Assembly: GCF_037042905.1 (NCBI RefSeq)
Contig: NC_087252.1
Location: 27,716,001-27,780,000, forward strand
Source: Lytechinus pictus
Lineage: Eukaryota
Length of the DNA: 64,000 nt
Direction of reading: 5' to 3'
The position numbers and the translations under genes were made by a program. The first letter of the stretch is position 1. Each line of letters opens with the position of its first letter. This document shows positions 29,601 through 42,549 of this stretch, piece after piece. Below the pieces are notes generated by a model, which was not told the origin of the DNA, searched no databases, and worked only from the letters and a program-made list of their open reading frames with translations.

Positions 29601-30933
29601 CAGCCATCTTGGATCAATGCAAATTAGATGCCTTTCCCTTATTCGGATAGTTTAGGACTTTTAGTATGTTGTACAAGGGACCTATACAGAAATGCAATGT
29701 GGTAAAAATAAAAATCTGTTGCAATTTGTTCCAACATAATTCATTATTGTGGTACCAAGAGTTCAGTGAGTTTAAATAATTATGTAGTATAGTTGGGTAC
29801 AGCCCGATAGTCCGCGGGTCTGATAGTCCGCGGGTCCATTAGTCCGCGGGTCCGATTCTTTAAAAGGATGATTTATTGCATTCTCTCAAATCAAAATACA
29901 CATTCACATTTCATTAACAAGTAGTTCAAATTATTCAAATCATGATTATGAATTATACAATAAATCCATATCCCATATAATCATACAAATATACATCCAA
30001 CGTCAAAGATACCGGAAGTCAATACTGACAATTATGCGTTTCACAAGTTACAAAATGAGTTATTAATATGAAAAGAGAGAAAAAAAAAATAAGATAAAAA
30101 AAGTGGTCTACCTCCTACCCCCCAATAGTCCGCGGGTCCGCGAGTCCGAGTCCGCGGTGTGTGTAAAATTATGATCAAGATATAGTGAGATCAAATGTCA
30201 TCGAGAGGTCAAAAGGTCAAATGATACGAGACCATGGGGTTCTATAACAACAACTCAAAGGACAATCGCCCCCTGACAACTACTTCAAGGAAAATATTAT
30301 CCCCACATTTTTATCGCTGGGGACCGTTAATCCCCCCCCCCCTAACCCGGAAATTTACCCTCTGGACAATTACCCCTAGTACGTATGGCATGCCAAGTGT
30401 CCGCTAGTAAATTATGTCCAAATTACGCCATTCCGTACACAAAATGTGTTTTTATTCAGACGAAAATCATTTCGTCATGACGCTTTTTTATTTCGTATGC
30501 AAAATTTATTTTTTGTCACACAAAATCAATTTCGTCTAGACGAAATGCACGAAATCAATTTCGTCTAGACGAAATGTAATTGCGTCCACAAAGTTTATTT
30601 GGCGTGCCATACGAAATGAATTTTGATCAAACGAAATGGCGCACCAAATGTCCGATGGTAAATTCCGTCCAATTCACGCCATTCCGTACACAAAATGTGT
30701 TTTTGTTTATATGAAAATCATTTCTTCATGACGCAGTTTTATTTCGTATACGAAATAATTTTTTGTCACACAAAATCAATTTTCGTCCAGACGAAATGTA
30801 ATTGCGTCCACAAAAATTATTTCGTACATACGAAATGAATTTTGATCTAACGAAATGGCGCCCCAAGTGTTAAATGGAAAATTCCGATCGAAAAATTTGT
30901 TTCACTCAAACTAAAATCATTTCGTCATGATGC

Positions 30934-33012
30934 TATAGTATTTGGAAAGAGGTCGGATTTTTCCTTTAAGATTTACTTACAAGAGTTGGACGAAGAGGGT
31001 GTAATATGTTTGTCTTATCACAACATTGAAATGTACATCCCAGAACAAATAGTTCCATTTTGGTAAAGTTATTATATTGAATATGGACTGTTATTAGAAA
31101 TGAAAATTATATATAATTATGTAAATTGCTTGGGATAAAGTATACTTCCTTTTTTATGAAATTATATTACGGAATGGTGTTATAACTTAGTAAAGAGGAA
31201 GGATCTTGTGAAAGTGATTATGTTACGCGGGAAGAAAACCCGCTTGGTCAGTAGAGATCGATTGTTTTGAGGTCATTGGTCAAGCTACTCAGTGAGGAGA
31301 GCAATCAGTCAGAGAGTCCTGTAGGATCCAGATAATTTAGATCTCAATCCTGTCGAGGTATGTTGATTGATATGTGCTATTTTATAAGAGAAGAATATCT
31401 ATGTTTTGGAATATATTATCTCTAAATCATGAACTAGAATTAGAGCATTGAATCGTAATTTTTCTGTTAGGTCAAGGATACCTACTACGTGGCATGTTAC
31501 GTAACAATGAATGTGTGTGTATATATGTATCGGGTACCTATCGATTCAAGATGGTAGCACTCTTTCCTTTTTACTGATAGAATTGCCAAATTGGAGGAAT
31601 ATATTTATGTAAATGTTTTTCTTTAACGCTCGATAAATTATTTACCTGGTGTATGTAATTAGACGAGGAGGAGAATTTATCAATGTGAATAATTCGTAAA
31701 CCGGGAGATTTGGTAAATGGTAGCCTCAAGGTTAGGCAAGGTCAAATCGTTTCGTACTGATGGTTTCGATTAATTATCGATTTAACTTAATATTTTCGCC
31801 AGTTCAGTTATATATTTTAGATTTTAAAATGATACGTGATCAATTGATATTATACAATCATATATATTAAGGATTGGTGTATCGTTTATTTATTTAGGAG
31901 TTCGAATGTTCATTTGTTGATGGAACTAGCTGGATTGTGATGATTTCTGGGTTTTCTACGAAGGTACGAAAAGTTATGAATTTTCCTTGTAATTTAATGA
32001 CTGTGTTGTTCGAAGTGATATCTTATAATATTAGGATAAGAATGATTGGTGAATTTGATTTTTTTCCTTCGAGCATTTTCATTAGATCACGGTGTTTGAA
32101 TTAATAATTCTAATTTTTTGTCAATATGATGTTAAGAACATTTACAATTAATCGATTGAAATTTCCCTGTAAGATGTATAGAAACCTAAAAGGTATTATG
32201 ATATAGTTGAATAGTTACTCATGCAAATGTATGTTATTATTTATTTTAGATTGCAGTGTTGGGTACCGGAATCTGACCCTAGAAAGTGATTGTTTTGGTC
32301 CTTGGTATAGTTTTTAACCTGTATCTGCCCTAGTCGGGTGAGTCAAGATGGCCGTACTTATAAGATTGAGACGTGCAGTATTTTTACCAAAATTAATGGT
32401 GTTTTGTGATCGATTACGAAAGTTTGAATTTATTGACATATATAAAAGATTGATATATTTGGAAGAATGTTTCCAAAGTTTGCTATATAAATTGTGCATT
32501 CATATATTTTACATTGGAAGAAAATGATTGCAAAAGAGATCAATTTAAGATTTAGAAACATATAGTAATCTATGATACTTGTGACTATTTAATTATCGAT
32601 AGTTGTATTAATAACTTGTTATAAATATTATTACTTTTCGCATATTATCGAGCGCAGACTGACATCTAATCTTATGATTGCAGATCAGTTTTAAATAAAT
32701 ACACACACTGTAGTGACCTGCTCAGTGATCGAAAAGTGTACTCGTAATATTAAGAGTATATATTCTGTCTTGACGTGACATGTACATGCTTTATTTCATG
32801 CTGTAATGATATTTTGAACATTATACTCATGTTCTTTATTGTTTCTCTCTTTTCTGCTTGCAGAGGTTTTTTTTTCCAATTTGTTATATACTGAACAACT
32901 GTTGTGCTCAAGTGGGAAATTAAATTCCGCTCACAACCTACAACTCTCGTCGTATCGTGTCTTGTGTTCTGGAGTGTCCTGACAACTTCCCCCAAAAATC
33001 CAGAATACTACA
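30934..33012. mobile_element. Probable solo LTR (Gypsy-type), 4-bp TSD ATGC
   Basis: atgc|tatagtatttgg ... ccagaatactaca|atgc (mutated TG...CA); the empty site is in the right arm at ~60268-60275. Confidence 0.75.
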
Positions 33013-34464
33013 ATGCAGTGTGATTTCGTTTACGAAATTTATTTTGCATCACACGTATAATCAATTTCGTCGAGACGAAATAAAATTGCGTCCACGAAAT
33101 TTATTTCGTTGCGATGCGAAAATCTATTCCGCCGACGAAATGATTTTGTGTCAAAACACACAAAAAAAATTCGTCTCCTCTCTCTGGTAGGGGATATAAG
33201 AAGGTCCCTGATTGGCTGCACCTTGTTCAAGCTGTTTTCGCTCCGGGCCGGTCACAGGTTGGCACGTTGGTGAACTTATTAGCTTAGATTTCACGTTATT
33301 CATGCCTACATGAGCTGCATACAACTGCTCTAATCGGTAGGATGTGGACGGACATTGCATTCGTAAGTTCAGCTATGTTTTCGACTTCAAAATTACGTTG
33401 AAAAAAAAAGGGAATTCGTTTATAGTCGTTACCAAACTTGCATTTGCAAAAAGCTGTGTAACAATAGTCCCGTGTATTCAAGTTTATGTACTGTAGTCAG
33501 CAGACCATGGGTGGGGTGGGGGGGGGGGGGATTGGTCTTTTCTGCACACCTAAAAAGTAAAATGGTTATGAATTATACAGGCTGAAGATATATCTTGATC
33601 TTAATAAGTAATGTAAAATTCATACCGAGCAAAATGCTGAAAATTTCATCGAAATCGGATGACAACAAAGTTATTGAACAGTTTGGGCTTTGCCTGGCCG
33701 TATGAATTTCTACTATCTCTAGCTAGGCTACTCCACTCACACGTATTGCGAGGTTAGTAGTATTAGTATACTAACCTCGCACCATTTACCACGTTTGGCA
33801 ATGGATTTCTAACTAGTGGGTCACACGTGCTGCGATCCCACTTCTGGTGTCCACAACACACAACTTCTATTGCTTGATTTTTCTGTGCGCGGCGGCATGT
33901 AATGAACCCTTGAGTGACTAGGCCTATAAAACTCAGGCGATGGTTCGTATATAGCCTGCCATTAAACACTCCACTATAGGTGAAGCGGAGGGTAGCAGTA
34001 GTGAAGTGTAGTGGAGCTTACACGAACTATCGCCTGCTGTACTAGTATAGTTGTGGTAGCCTTGGTCGGCCTGGCCCCACTCATTACTAGTTCGAGGTTA
34101 GTTGCTATATATAGTTGCTACATGTATAGATCTACATGTACTAACCTCGTACACCGAACTGCATTTGGCCCTGGATTTCTGTGAAGTTTGCAAACATCGC
34201 TTCATTACAATACAGAATTAATATTTGCCGAAACTCCTCGCTACTCACCGGGGCGCTTTGCGGTGAGTAGCCATAATACAATGGTATATTTTTTAATTCT
34301 TAAATCAAAATCATATTAAAAAAAATTGATTATTTTGGAGTTTGGACTGGAAAGTGACTTCGCGTGTCTCTTCTTTCTACGGAAATAAAAGGAAGCCTGA
34401 TGGTGGCGCTAATAAATTTCACAGCCTTGATTCAGGCTCGCTTCAAATTCAGCTTCTCGGTAAT

Positions 34465-35290
34465 TTTGCCCCCGCAGACAAAGTCCGGAGGGGGCATTAA
34501 GCGTTGCCCCTGTCTGTTGATTCGCCCGCCCCCCACTCGGTTTCTATTTCATTGATTTAAAAAAAATTTGGTGTGTAGGTACATGACACCCTAGTACAGG
34601 CTAAGTTTGAATTCGGAGTCTGCAGGTCGAAGTTCACAGCTCATGAAATATCCAAGTTGGTTTCCGCATGATGACTTATTAAATATTCAACAGATTTATA
34701 AAAAAAATAGGGTGTGTAGGTAGATGGCACCAAAATACAGGCTAAGATCGAATTCGTAGTCGGCAGGCCAAAGGTCACGGCTCATTAAATATGCAATTTA
34801 GTTTCCGCATGATAACTTATAAAATATTCTACATATTTAAACAAATTTGAGTGTGTAGGTACACTGTAGATGATACCAATACAGGCTAAGTTTGAATTCG
34901 GAGTATGCAGGTCAAAGATCACAGCTCATTAAATATGCGAGTTGGTTTCCTCATGATATCTTATGAAATATTCAACAGATTAAAAAAAATGTTTGGGTGT
35001 GTAGGTAGATGATGATGATGCACAGTTTTTGTATAGCGCCATATATCTGTCAAAGACATTCAAAGGCATGTTTGAGGAGCCAGCCAATCTGGGTCGCCTA
35101 CAAGGGCGCGCACACAGAATTGTGACCCGCAGGTCTCTCCCGATAACTGGTTGGGGGAATGCAGGTGGACCACTACACCGGGTCATTAAATATGCGAGTT
35201 GGTTTCCTCATAATAACTTATAAAGTATTCAACATATTTTTTTTTAATTGGGTGTTTAGGTAGATGACACCAAAATACAGGCTATGATCG
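34465..35290 (+). mobile_element. Helentron-associated (HINE-like) element with ~120-bp internal tandem repeats
   Basis: 5' tgccccgcagac...ggggcattaagcg followed by repeats of gtgtgtaggtagatgacacc...ggctaagttcgaattcggagtc; mirrored at ~58030-58886. Confidence 0.6.
35007..35182 (-). mobile_element. 5'-truncated SINE (same family as 6021-6447)
   Basis: Reverse complement of the SINE 3' half including the (CAT)n tail. Confidence 0.85.
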
Positions 35291-36677
35291 AATTAGGAGT
35301 GGGTCAAAGCTAACGGCTATATGCGAGATCAGCTCATAAAGAGAGTTGCATGCGTTGTGCCTTGATTTTCTGGTGCACGGCGGCATGTAATGAACCCTTG
35401 AGTGGCCTAGCCCTAGGTCTATGTCACAATTGTCATCATGAATATTCAATAGGTGGGCTGATGGTTTCACATCCCCACTTTCCTTTTCCTTGAGAGTTAT
35501 TATTGTACACGAAATTGTAATTGCTTCATTTTGTCATATGTGTAAATGATATGTCTCCATCATAATTAAATAAGTTGGTGTAAATGTTGTCAATCCAAAT
35601 GTGACTTGTAGGAAATTTTTGAATAAACCTAATTTCATACAAAATACAAAAGAATAAGTGGGGGTATGACATCATCATTTTGCCCACTGAATATTCATGC
35701 ATCCCTAGAACCGTTCCACAGGAATAATGCAAATATTTTAAATTCAACAACTTTGTTATTATCCGATTTTGATCAAATTTCCAGCATTTTGCTTTGTGAA
35801 TTTTACTATATTTCTTCAGATATGATCAATTATGAATATCTTCAGCCTGGAGCATCCCTTTATCATGTTGGTATTGGAATAACGTTAGGCCTATTAACAC
35901 TAACACCTAGTGTCCTACTAGGCCCTGCCAGAGGCAATACTTCCAGATTGATGCTCTTTCTAGAATTGATTTACATCCTGGATAGAAATAAGCTTGTCTT
36001 GTATAAATGGTTTGGGGATGTAGGAATCAGTCCAGTGGCATAGCTAGGGTTTTTTCTCGGGGGGGGGGGGGGCACCAGGGGGTCCTTGCTCTTTCAGGGG
36101 GGGGGGGGACACCATTTTTTCTGTGTATGTGTCACAAGGGTGGATCAGACTTTCGCCAATAGGGGATGGGCACAAAATTATCTTCACCTATATTTTCCCC
36201 GATCAGTCACTTCTTAGCCTTATTCTTATGAAACAACATGAAACAATCTCATAAATATTAAAAGTGCGAGCGCGAAGCGCGAGCGAATATTTGTTTTTCT
36301 TTTTTTGAACTTTCATGTATTTTGTCCTGAATATCTAACATTCTGGGCCCTGTTTGTGATCCTGAACAAGATGCGTATGTAACTAGATAATTACTGAGAA
36401 TGCCAAGCACGAACATAATTTTTTAACAAGTGTTCTAGCATGATCGATAAAAAGGACCTGTTAAGGACTGTTTACCCATGAAGACGGTACATATTTCAAT
36501 AATGGGAACGCGAAGCGAGAGCTAAAAATTGTGAACATTCTGACCTAAAAATGGTCATTCTAAGCACCTTTTGTAATCACAAATGGGATAGGTATGTAAC
36601 TAAACGATTGATGCAAGCGCAAATTGGGAATTTGAGTGTGGCAAACGGATTCTGTTTGGTTCTGCTTGTGTAGACTG

Positions 36678-39600
36678 GGGCCCGTTTCTCAACATCGTCA
36701 TAAGTCTTCTAACTTTTTAACTAAATTGGAGATAGTGATCTACTTGTCCGCTGTTTCACGAATCCCTCTTTGCCAAGATCGGGGACAACTTGACGAAATA
36801 GATATGACATATCCGAACCTGTCATAACTTCTTTCTTAATGACGTAGTGATATCATGTGGGTAGACTATTACATGCAAATGAGCCTCGAAATTCGAAAAT
36901 TATAATATTACGTAATAATTCATAGAAAATGAATTATATTGCAAACAAGTGGGATAAATCATTCAATAGTAATTGTAATGCACAGAATTATAACAAGTGT
37001 TGGTAAAACATCACAAAACCATTCATTTTAAAGTAGTAAAATTATTTAATTGACAAAGATTCTACCACAGACTTGTACTCGTTGCTTTCCGACTCTTATC
37101 AAGATTTTGATAAATTCTCTCTCTAATATATACATAGAATTTATAAAATCGTGTGTTTCGGTATCTAAAGAGTTTAACAATTCATGATGATAATATTTTG
37201 ATGGTGTTTGGAATCCTAAAAACCTGTATAATTATCATCATTTTAGGAAGACAGCCTTATGGTTTACTTATTTAAACTATTCAAATTTTATATCTGGGGA
37301 TACCCATCTCAACGTCCACATACATTCAAGACCTATGCCTCAGCCAAATAGTAGACTTTCCAACGAGAGGTCAATCAATCCTAGATGTCTTCCTCACAAA
37401 TCGTCCATCTCTAATCAGGAAATGCATCCCCTTACCAGGTATCAGTGATCATGATATGGTCCTCACGGTTGCTGACATAAGGGCGAATATACAGAGACCA
37501 ATCAAGAGGAAGGTCTATCTCTGGAAGAAGGCAAACATGGACACCATCAGAGAAGCAATGGCAAGCTTTGCTGATAGCTACCTGGCCCAGACTTCTCTAG
37601 ATACCCCGGTCGAAAGTCAGTGGACAGAGATAAAAACTAAGATCTTATCTGCACTCGAGGAAGATGTTCCATCGAAGATGACCTCATGCAGATTTAGCCA
37701 ACCCTGGATCACGACAGAATTGAAACGTCTCTCCAGAAAGAAAAAAAAGATCATTCAGGAGATCGAGAGCTGCCGCAGCCGAGATTGACAACACAGAACA
37801 CCGTAATTACAAGGAACTTAAGAAAACTATGCAAAGGGAATGCCGTAAAACCTACCAGACCTACATCTCAGATCTGATATGTGGAGAAGGTCCCAGTGGA
37901 GGCAAGAGTTTTTGGACATTCATTAAGAATAAGCGGTGTGACAACTCTTGAGTATCCCCACTCTTGAGAGATGGCGTCCTTCGATGTGACAGCAAAACAA
38001 AGGCTGCTGTCCTGAATGATCAGTTCTCTTCAGTCTTTACAAAAGAAGACACATACAACATTCCTGAAATGGGAGCTAGTCCACACCCGAAGATCTGCAA
38101 CATTGAAATTGGTTCTAAAGGAGTCTGGAAACTGTTGTCCAAGATCAACCCATACAAGGCACCAGGACCTGACCGCCTTCCTGTACGTATCCTGAAGGAG
38201 TGTTCTACAGAGCTTGCACCTGTCCTTTCTTTACAGTTCTATTCCATCCTACATCAAGGTGCAATTCCATAAGACTGGAAGGCTGCATTCATCACACCAA
38301 TCTTCAAGAAAGGTAACCGGCACGAAGCCTGCAATTATAGACCAATTTCATTGACCTCACTTGTGTGCAAAACCCTTGAACACATCATATTCTCAGAAAT
38401 CATCAATCACCTGGAATCTAACAGTATCTTGTCTGAAAAGCAACATGGTTTCAGAAAATTCCACTCCTGTGAGGTCCCAACTGCTACTGACCATACACGA
38501 CCTTGCCAAAGGGATTGACAACAAACAGCAGATAGATGCAGTACTGTTAGACTTTTCAAAGGCATTTGATAAAGTACCACATTAAAGACTCTTGAGAAAA
38601 CTAGCCTTCTATGGCATCCAAGGAAATCTTCTTGGTTGGATCAGAGCCTTCCTTAAAGATCGTGTCCAACAGGTGGTGCTTGAAGGAACTACCTCTCTCC
38701 CAGCTGATGTCAACTCGGGCGTACCTCAAGGGACTGTACTTGGCCCACTTCTCTTCTTGGCCTACATCATTGACCTGCCTTACTGTGTCCAGTCGGAGGT
38801 GCGGATGTTTGCCGACGATTGTCTTCTCTACCGACACATCAGTTCGCAATCTGACGCAGACGCACTCCAAGAAGATCTCACTAACCTGCAAGATTGGGAA
38901 GCCAAGTGGCAGATGTCTTTCAATCCATCGAATTGTGAAGTTCTGAGAGTGACCAATAAGGTGAAAAATGTCATCAAATCGCCTTATTCTCTTCATGGAG
39001 TTGAACTTCCAGCTGTTGACAATGCCAAGTACCTCGGAGTACACATCAACTCCAAGCTCAGCTGGAAGACGCATATTGACAGTACATGTAAAAAAGCAAA
39101 TAGTTCACGTGGATTCCTCCAGAGAAACCTGTATGGCTGCCCCAAGAAAACCAAGGACCAGGCATACAGGACATATGTACGACCTATCCTTGAGTATGCA
39201 GCAACAGCCTGGGATCCTCACTACCAAGACTACATCTGGAAACTTGAAATGGTTCAGAGGCGTGCTGCTTGGTTTACACTTGGAGACTACCACCCCAGAC
39301 ACAGTGTCACCGAAATGCTTCACTCATTGAAATGGCAGTCTCTCGCTGAAAGGAGAGCTCATCTGAAAGTGATCATGCTCTACCGTATTCTTCATGGACT
39401 GATTGCCATCCCACCTGAACCACCTTACCTCTACCCAGCACTACGATCATCTGGACGACGACATACTCAATATCGACAACAATTGTGTAGGACCTCTGGG
39501 TTTCAGAACTCCTTCTTTCCTAGTGTTGTACGCCATTGGAACCAGCTCCCTGCCAGAGTAACATTTGCTTCTTCTCTGGAACAGTTTAAGAGGCAGCTTG

Positions 39601-40144
39601 ACGGGATAACGCTGCGCCAGACTTAGATGGAAAAGGAGTTAGTTTTTACTTGCACAAGGAGCACTTTTACCTTATATGTACATACATCTTTAACCTCATA
39701 AGCATATTACTGAGGTTTGGCAATGCAGCATGGCACACTAGTTTTTAAGCACTGCACAAAGTACGAAAATACTCTACCCAGAGGTCTGTACTACACCCGG
39801 AAGAAGAAGGAAGAAGACATGTGATTTTTTGTCATGAAATTAATTAGTGATAATTTCATTTCCTCAGCAATTTAATGCCCATATCTGCATGTTTGAGTAT
39901 TTTTTATACATATTTCGCCTCTGCTATTATTTTGATAGGATGTATTTCCAAATTCATCACAATAATTGTAAGTTTTATCATAATTTTACTTTTTGAAAAT
40001 TATGCTATTTTTGTTCCACCAATAGTATCAATATGACGATATCAATGGATTCTAGTTAATCCTTTTGGGTAAGATTGGAACTAACTCTGTGTATGGTAGA
40101 TAAAGATATATGACTAACTTGTCCAGGTGTTGAGAAATGGGCCC
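36678..40144. mobile_element. Harbinger-like MITE (CTG TSD) interrupted by a LINE
   Basis: ctg|gggcccgtttctcaaca ... tgttgagaaatgggccc|ctg; an uninterrupted copy lies at 55620-56638. Confidence 0.75.
37326..39816 (+). mobile_element. 5'-truncated non-LTR retrotransposon (RTE-X/CR1-like) with disrupted reverse transcriptase ORF2
   Basis: Motifs KAPGPD, LDFSKAFDKVPH, SGVPQGTVLGPLLF, FADDCLLY, YLGV, RPILEYA across stop- and frameshift-split ORFs; (GAA)n tail; ACAT duplication; empty site at ~55961-55970. Confidence 0.93.
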
Positions 40145-40166
40145 CTGCTGAGTATGCCTAGAGTTT

Positions 40167-41310
40167 TTATGCCCCCGCAGACGAAGCCCGGAGGGGCATT
40201 AAGCGTTGCCCTGTCCGTCCCCCCACTTGGTTTCCGCGCAATAACTCGAAAAATATTTAATGGATTTAAAAAAAATTGGTGTGTAGGTAGATGACCACAA
40301 AATACCTGCTAATTTCGAATTCGGAGTCCGCAGGTCAAAGGTCACATCTCATTATACAGTGCGTCCCAGAAAAAACGAAACCGAGATTTAGCGATGATTT
40401 ATCATAACTTAATCACAAATACAATACACAAGTGACCTACCATTGTAAAACTTAGAATCTCTTCTTCCATCTGAAATTACTTTAATTATTTCTCATTCAC
40501 GCATTTGAAGAAAGGATACCAAAAACTCATTTGGCGGGGGGTATCTGAATTTCAAAAAGAAAATCACATGCCTAAAACGTTCAATATCTGCTCTTTTATT
40601 TTATACCTTAATCACAGAAAATGGTCAAGAGGTAAAAAAGTTCTGTCCCCTCAAAACAATGCTTGTATTTCCATAATTTCATTAAATAAACGTGTTTTCA
40701 CCGGTTTCCCACAGAAGCTATCGCACGGTTAACAAAATACTTAATGCATGGCTAATCGTCAACAAAACGGAGTGTCGAGTGACACGGAACGCTAGCCTGT
40801 AAAACCTCAACATTTTATGAAATTATTGAAATTCAAGCCTTATTTCAAATAACCAGAACTTTATTATTTCTTGACCATTTTCTGAAATTGAGGTATCAAA
40901 TTAAAGAGCAGATATTGAACCTTTAAAAATGTGGTTTTCTTTTTGAAACCCAGATACAGCCCGCCAAGTGACTTTTTGGTATCCCCTCTTCAAAGTGTTT
41001 TTGCTCACTCATGCGTGAATGAGAAATAATGTAAGTAGTTTCAGATGAAAGAAGAGATTCTAAGCTTTACAATGGTAGGTCACTTGTCTATTGTATTTGT
41101 GATTAAATTATGATAAATCATCGATAAATCTCGGTTTCGTTTTTTCTGGGACGCACTGTATATGCAAGTCGGTTCAAAGGTCAAAATTTGTTAATTAATT
41201 CTATATATGCATATTGGTTTCTGCATGATATTAAGTTCAATCATATTGAATGGATTTCTGATCGCGTTAAGCGGGGGCATCTGTGTCCTTTCGACACGTC
41301 AAATTTTCTT
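40167..41310 (+). mobile_element. Helentron-associated (HINE-like) element
   Basis: Subterminal IRs atgcccccgc / gcgggggcat, 5' stem, 3' hairpin gtgtc-ctttc-gacac, T-rich flanks; mirror copy at ~55250-55597. Confidence 0.65.
40357..41158. mobile_element. Tc1/mariner-like palindromic MITE (TA TSD)
   Basis: ta|cagtgcgtcccagaaaaaacg ... cgttttttctgggacgcactg|ta; absent from the right arm. Confidence 0.9.
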
Positions 41311-41402
41311 AATTATGTGTAATTGATTTTTTTGACATGTGTTTACATTTGCTGCAGATTCCCATTCAGCCGTTGGACTGAACCGGTACTGTAACACAGT
41401 AC

Positions 41403-41536
41403 AATAATAATAATAATAATAATAATAGCGGCATATTTACCCAGGGTAGCCACTTCAGTTCCGAAATCTGTTCTCCAAGCTGGCCCTGCTATTATTACCC
41501 CGGCTTTAGCACGGCTACCTTTATCGGGCAGTATGA
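41403..41536 (-). mobile_element. SINE 3' fragment inserted in THAP exon 2
   Basis: (AAT)n followed by sequence matching 51420-51510; absent from the right-arm exon. Confidence 0.75.
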
Positions 41537-42155
41537 ATGGTCAATATGAAGCGAGCTTCATTGAATTCCTCCAAGAGCTCTGTACTCTGTTCTGATCATT
41601 TTGAAGATGGTTGCTTTGACAGGACTGGGCAAATGACTCGTCTTAGACAGGATGCTGTCCCTACCATATTTGATTTCCTGCCTCGTCTTCAGAAGGTACA
41701 GTAGATCTATATCATACATGTGTTCTACATAAATATTTTCTCTGTATTATCTACATTTGGTTTGATAGAACATTGCTTTAAATATTCCATTTTTAGTAGC
41801 CAAATAGAGATGAAAATTATCCTATTTGGGAGGGTATCCATGGACCTGGGCCTATACTGTGTATTTACAGTAAACTCTTACTAAATGAACAAACATATTA
41901 AAAATTTGGTTTACCCTACATAATAATCCTGGGCTACTTTGAGATTGCATAGCCCGGGAGGGGGGGGGGGGGGCTTTTTGGTCCCCCTCTTCAGATCTCC
42001 CTGTCGATCGCAACGAAAACCAATGCACACGTCACCATCAATGCAATCTGCAAGCATGGAGCTAAGGGTGTATCGCTGATTTTACAGAATTTAAATTTAT
42101 TTTTAATAAATTAATAATGCTAATTTATGTGTAAATACAGAATTTTCTGCTTTAA

Positions 42156-42549
42156 AGAGAAATTCCAGTAGTTGCAGTAAACACTGATTTCATGAGAAAG
42201 TCTGTAAAACCAGGCTTAATTGTCAGTATATCATCGAGGATCTAGATCTGGTACAGTTACATAAACTGAACTTTGTGAAATCTTGAAATCTACGCTAAAA
42301 ATGTTCAGACTGAACTTCCCCAACACAGATAAGCGCACGTGGGACAGTGTATAATTATTGCTTTGAGCGTCGGGCCCGACGCTGTACCCAAATCCTGTGC
42401 TTATTTGCTGATTTTTCAGCAATTACACAATTTCTTCCAGAATCCTTTGGCACATGCATTTTATTTATACAAACAGACACTTTGATGGTCATTTCATTGG
42501 ATTCTGTACGAACTCATTTTGATATCGTTACCAAAACTAGCATTTACCT
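42156..42549. mobile_element. Kolobok-like MITE (TTAA TSD)
   Basis: ttaa|agagaaattccagt ... actagcatttacct|ttaa. Confidence 0.6.

Larger units (their letters stand above)
33302..41695 (+). pseudogene. THAP-domain gene, exons 1-2 (left-arm copy, truncated)
   Basis: Exon 1 33302-33362 MPT*AAYNCSNR* ends at gtaagt; exon 2 41358-41695 runs cag|A FPFSR ... MVNMKR...VLCSDHFEDGCFDRTGQMTRLRQDAVPTIFDFLPRLQK|gt and is interrupted by a SINE piece. Confidence 0.8.

Noticed and set aside
33511..33530. Poly-G/C runs here and across the window as functional G-quadruplex signals
   Set aside because: They are variable-length homopolymers embedded in repeat families and differ between the two arms.
38592..39626. 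Functional reverse transcriptase gene (retron/DGR-like)
   Set aside because: It is part of a 5'-truncated LINE ORF2 with upstream stops and frameshifts and a (GAA)n tail.
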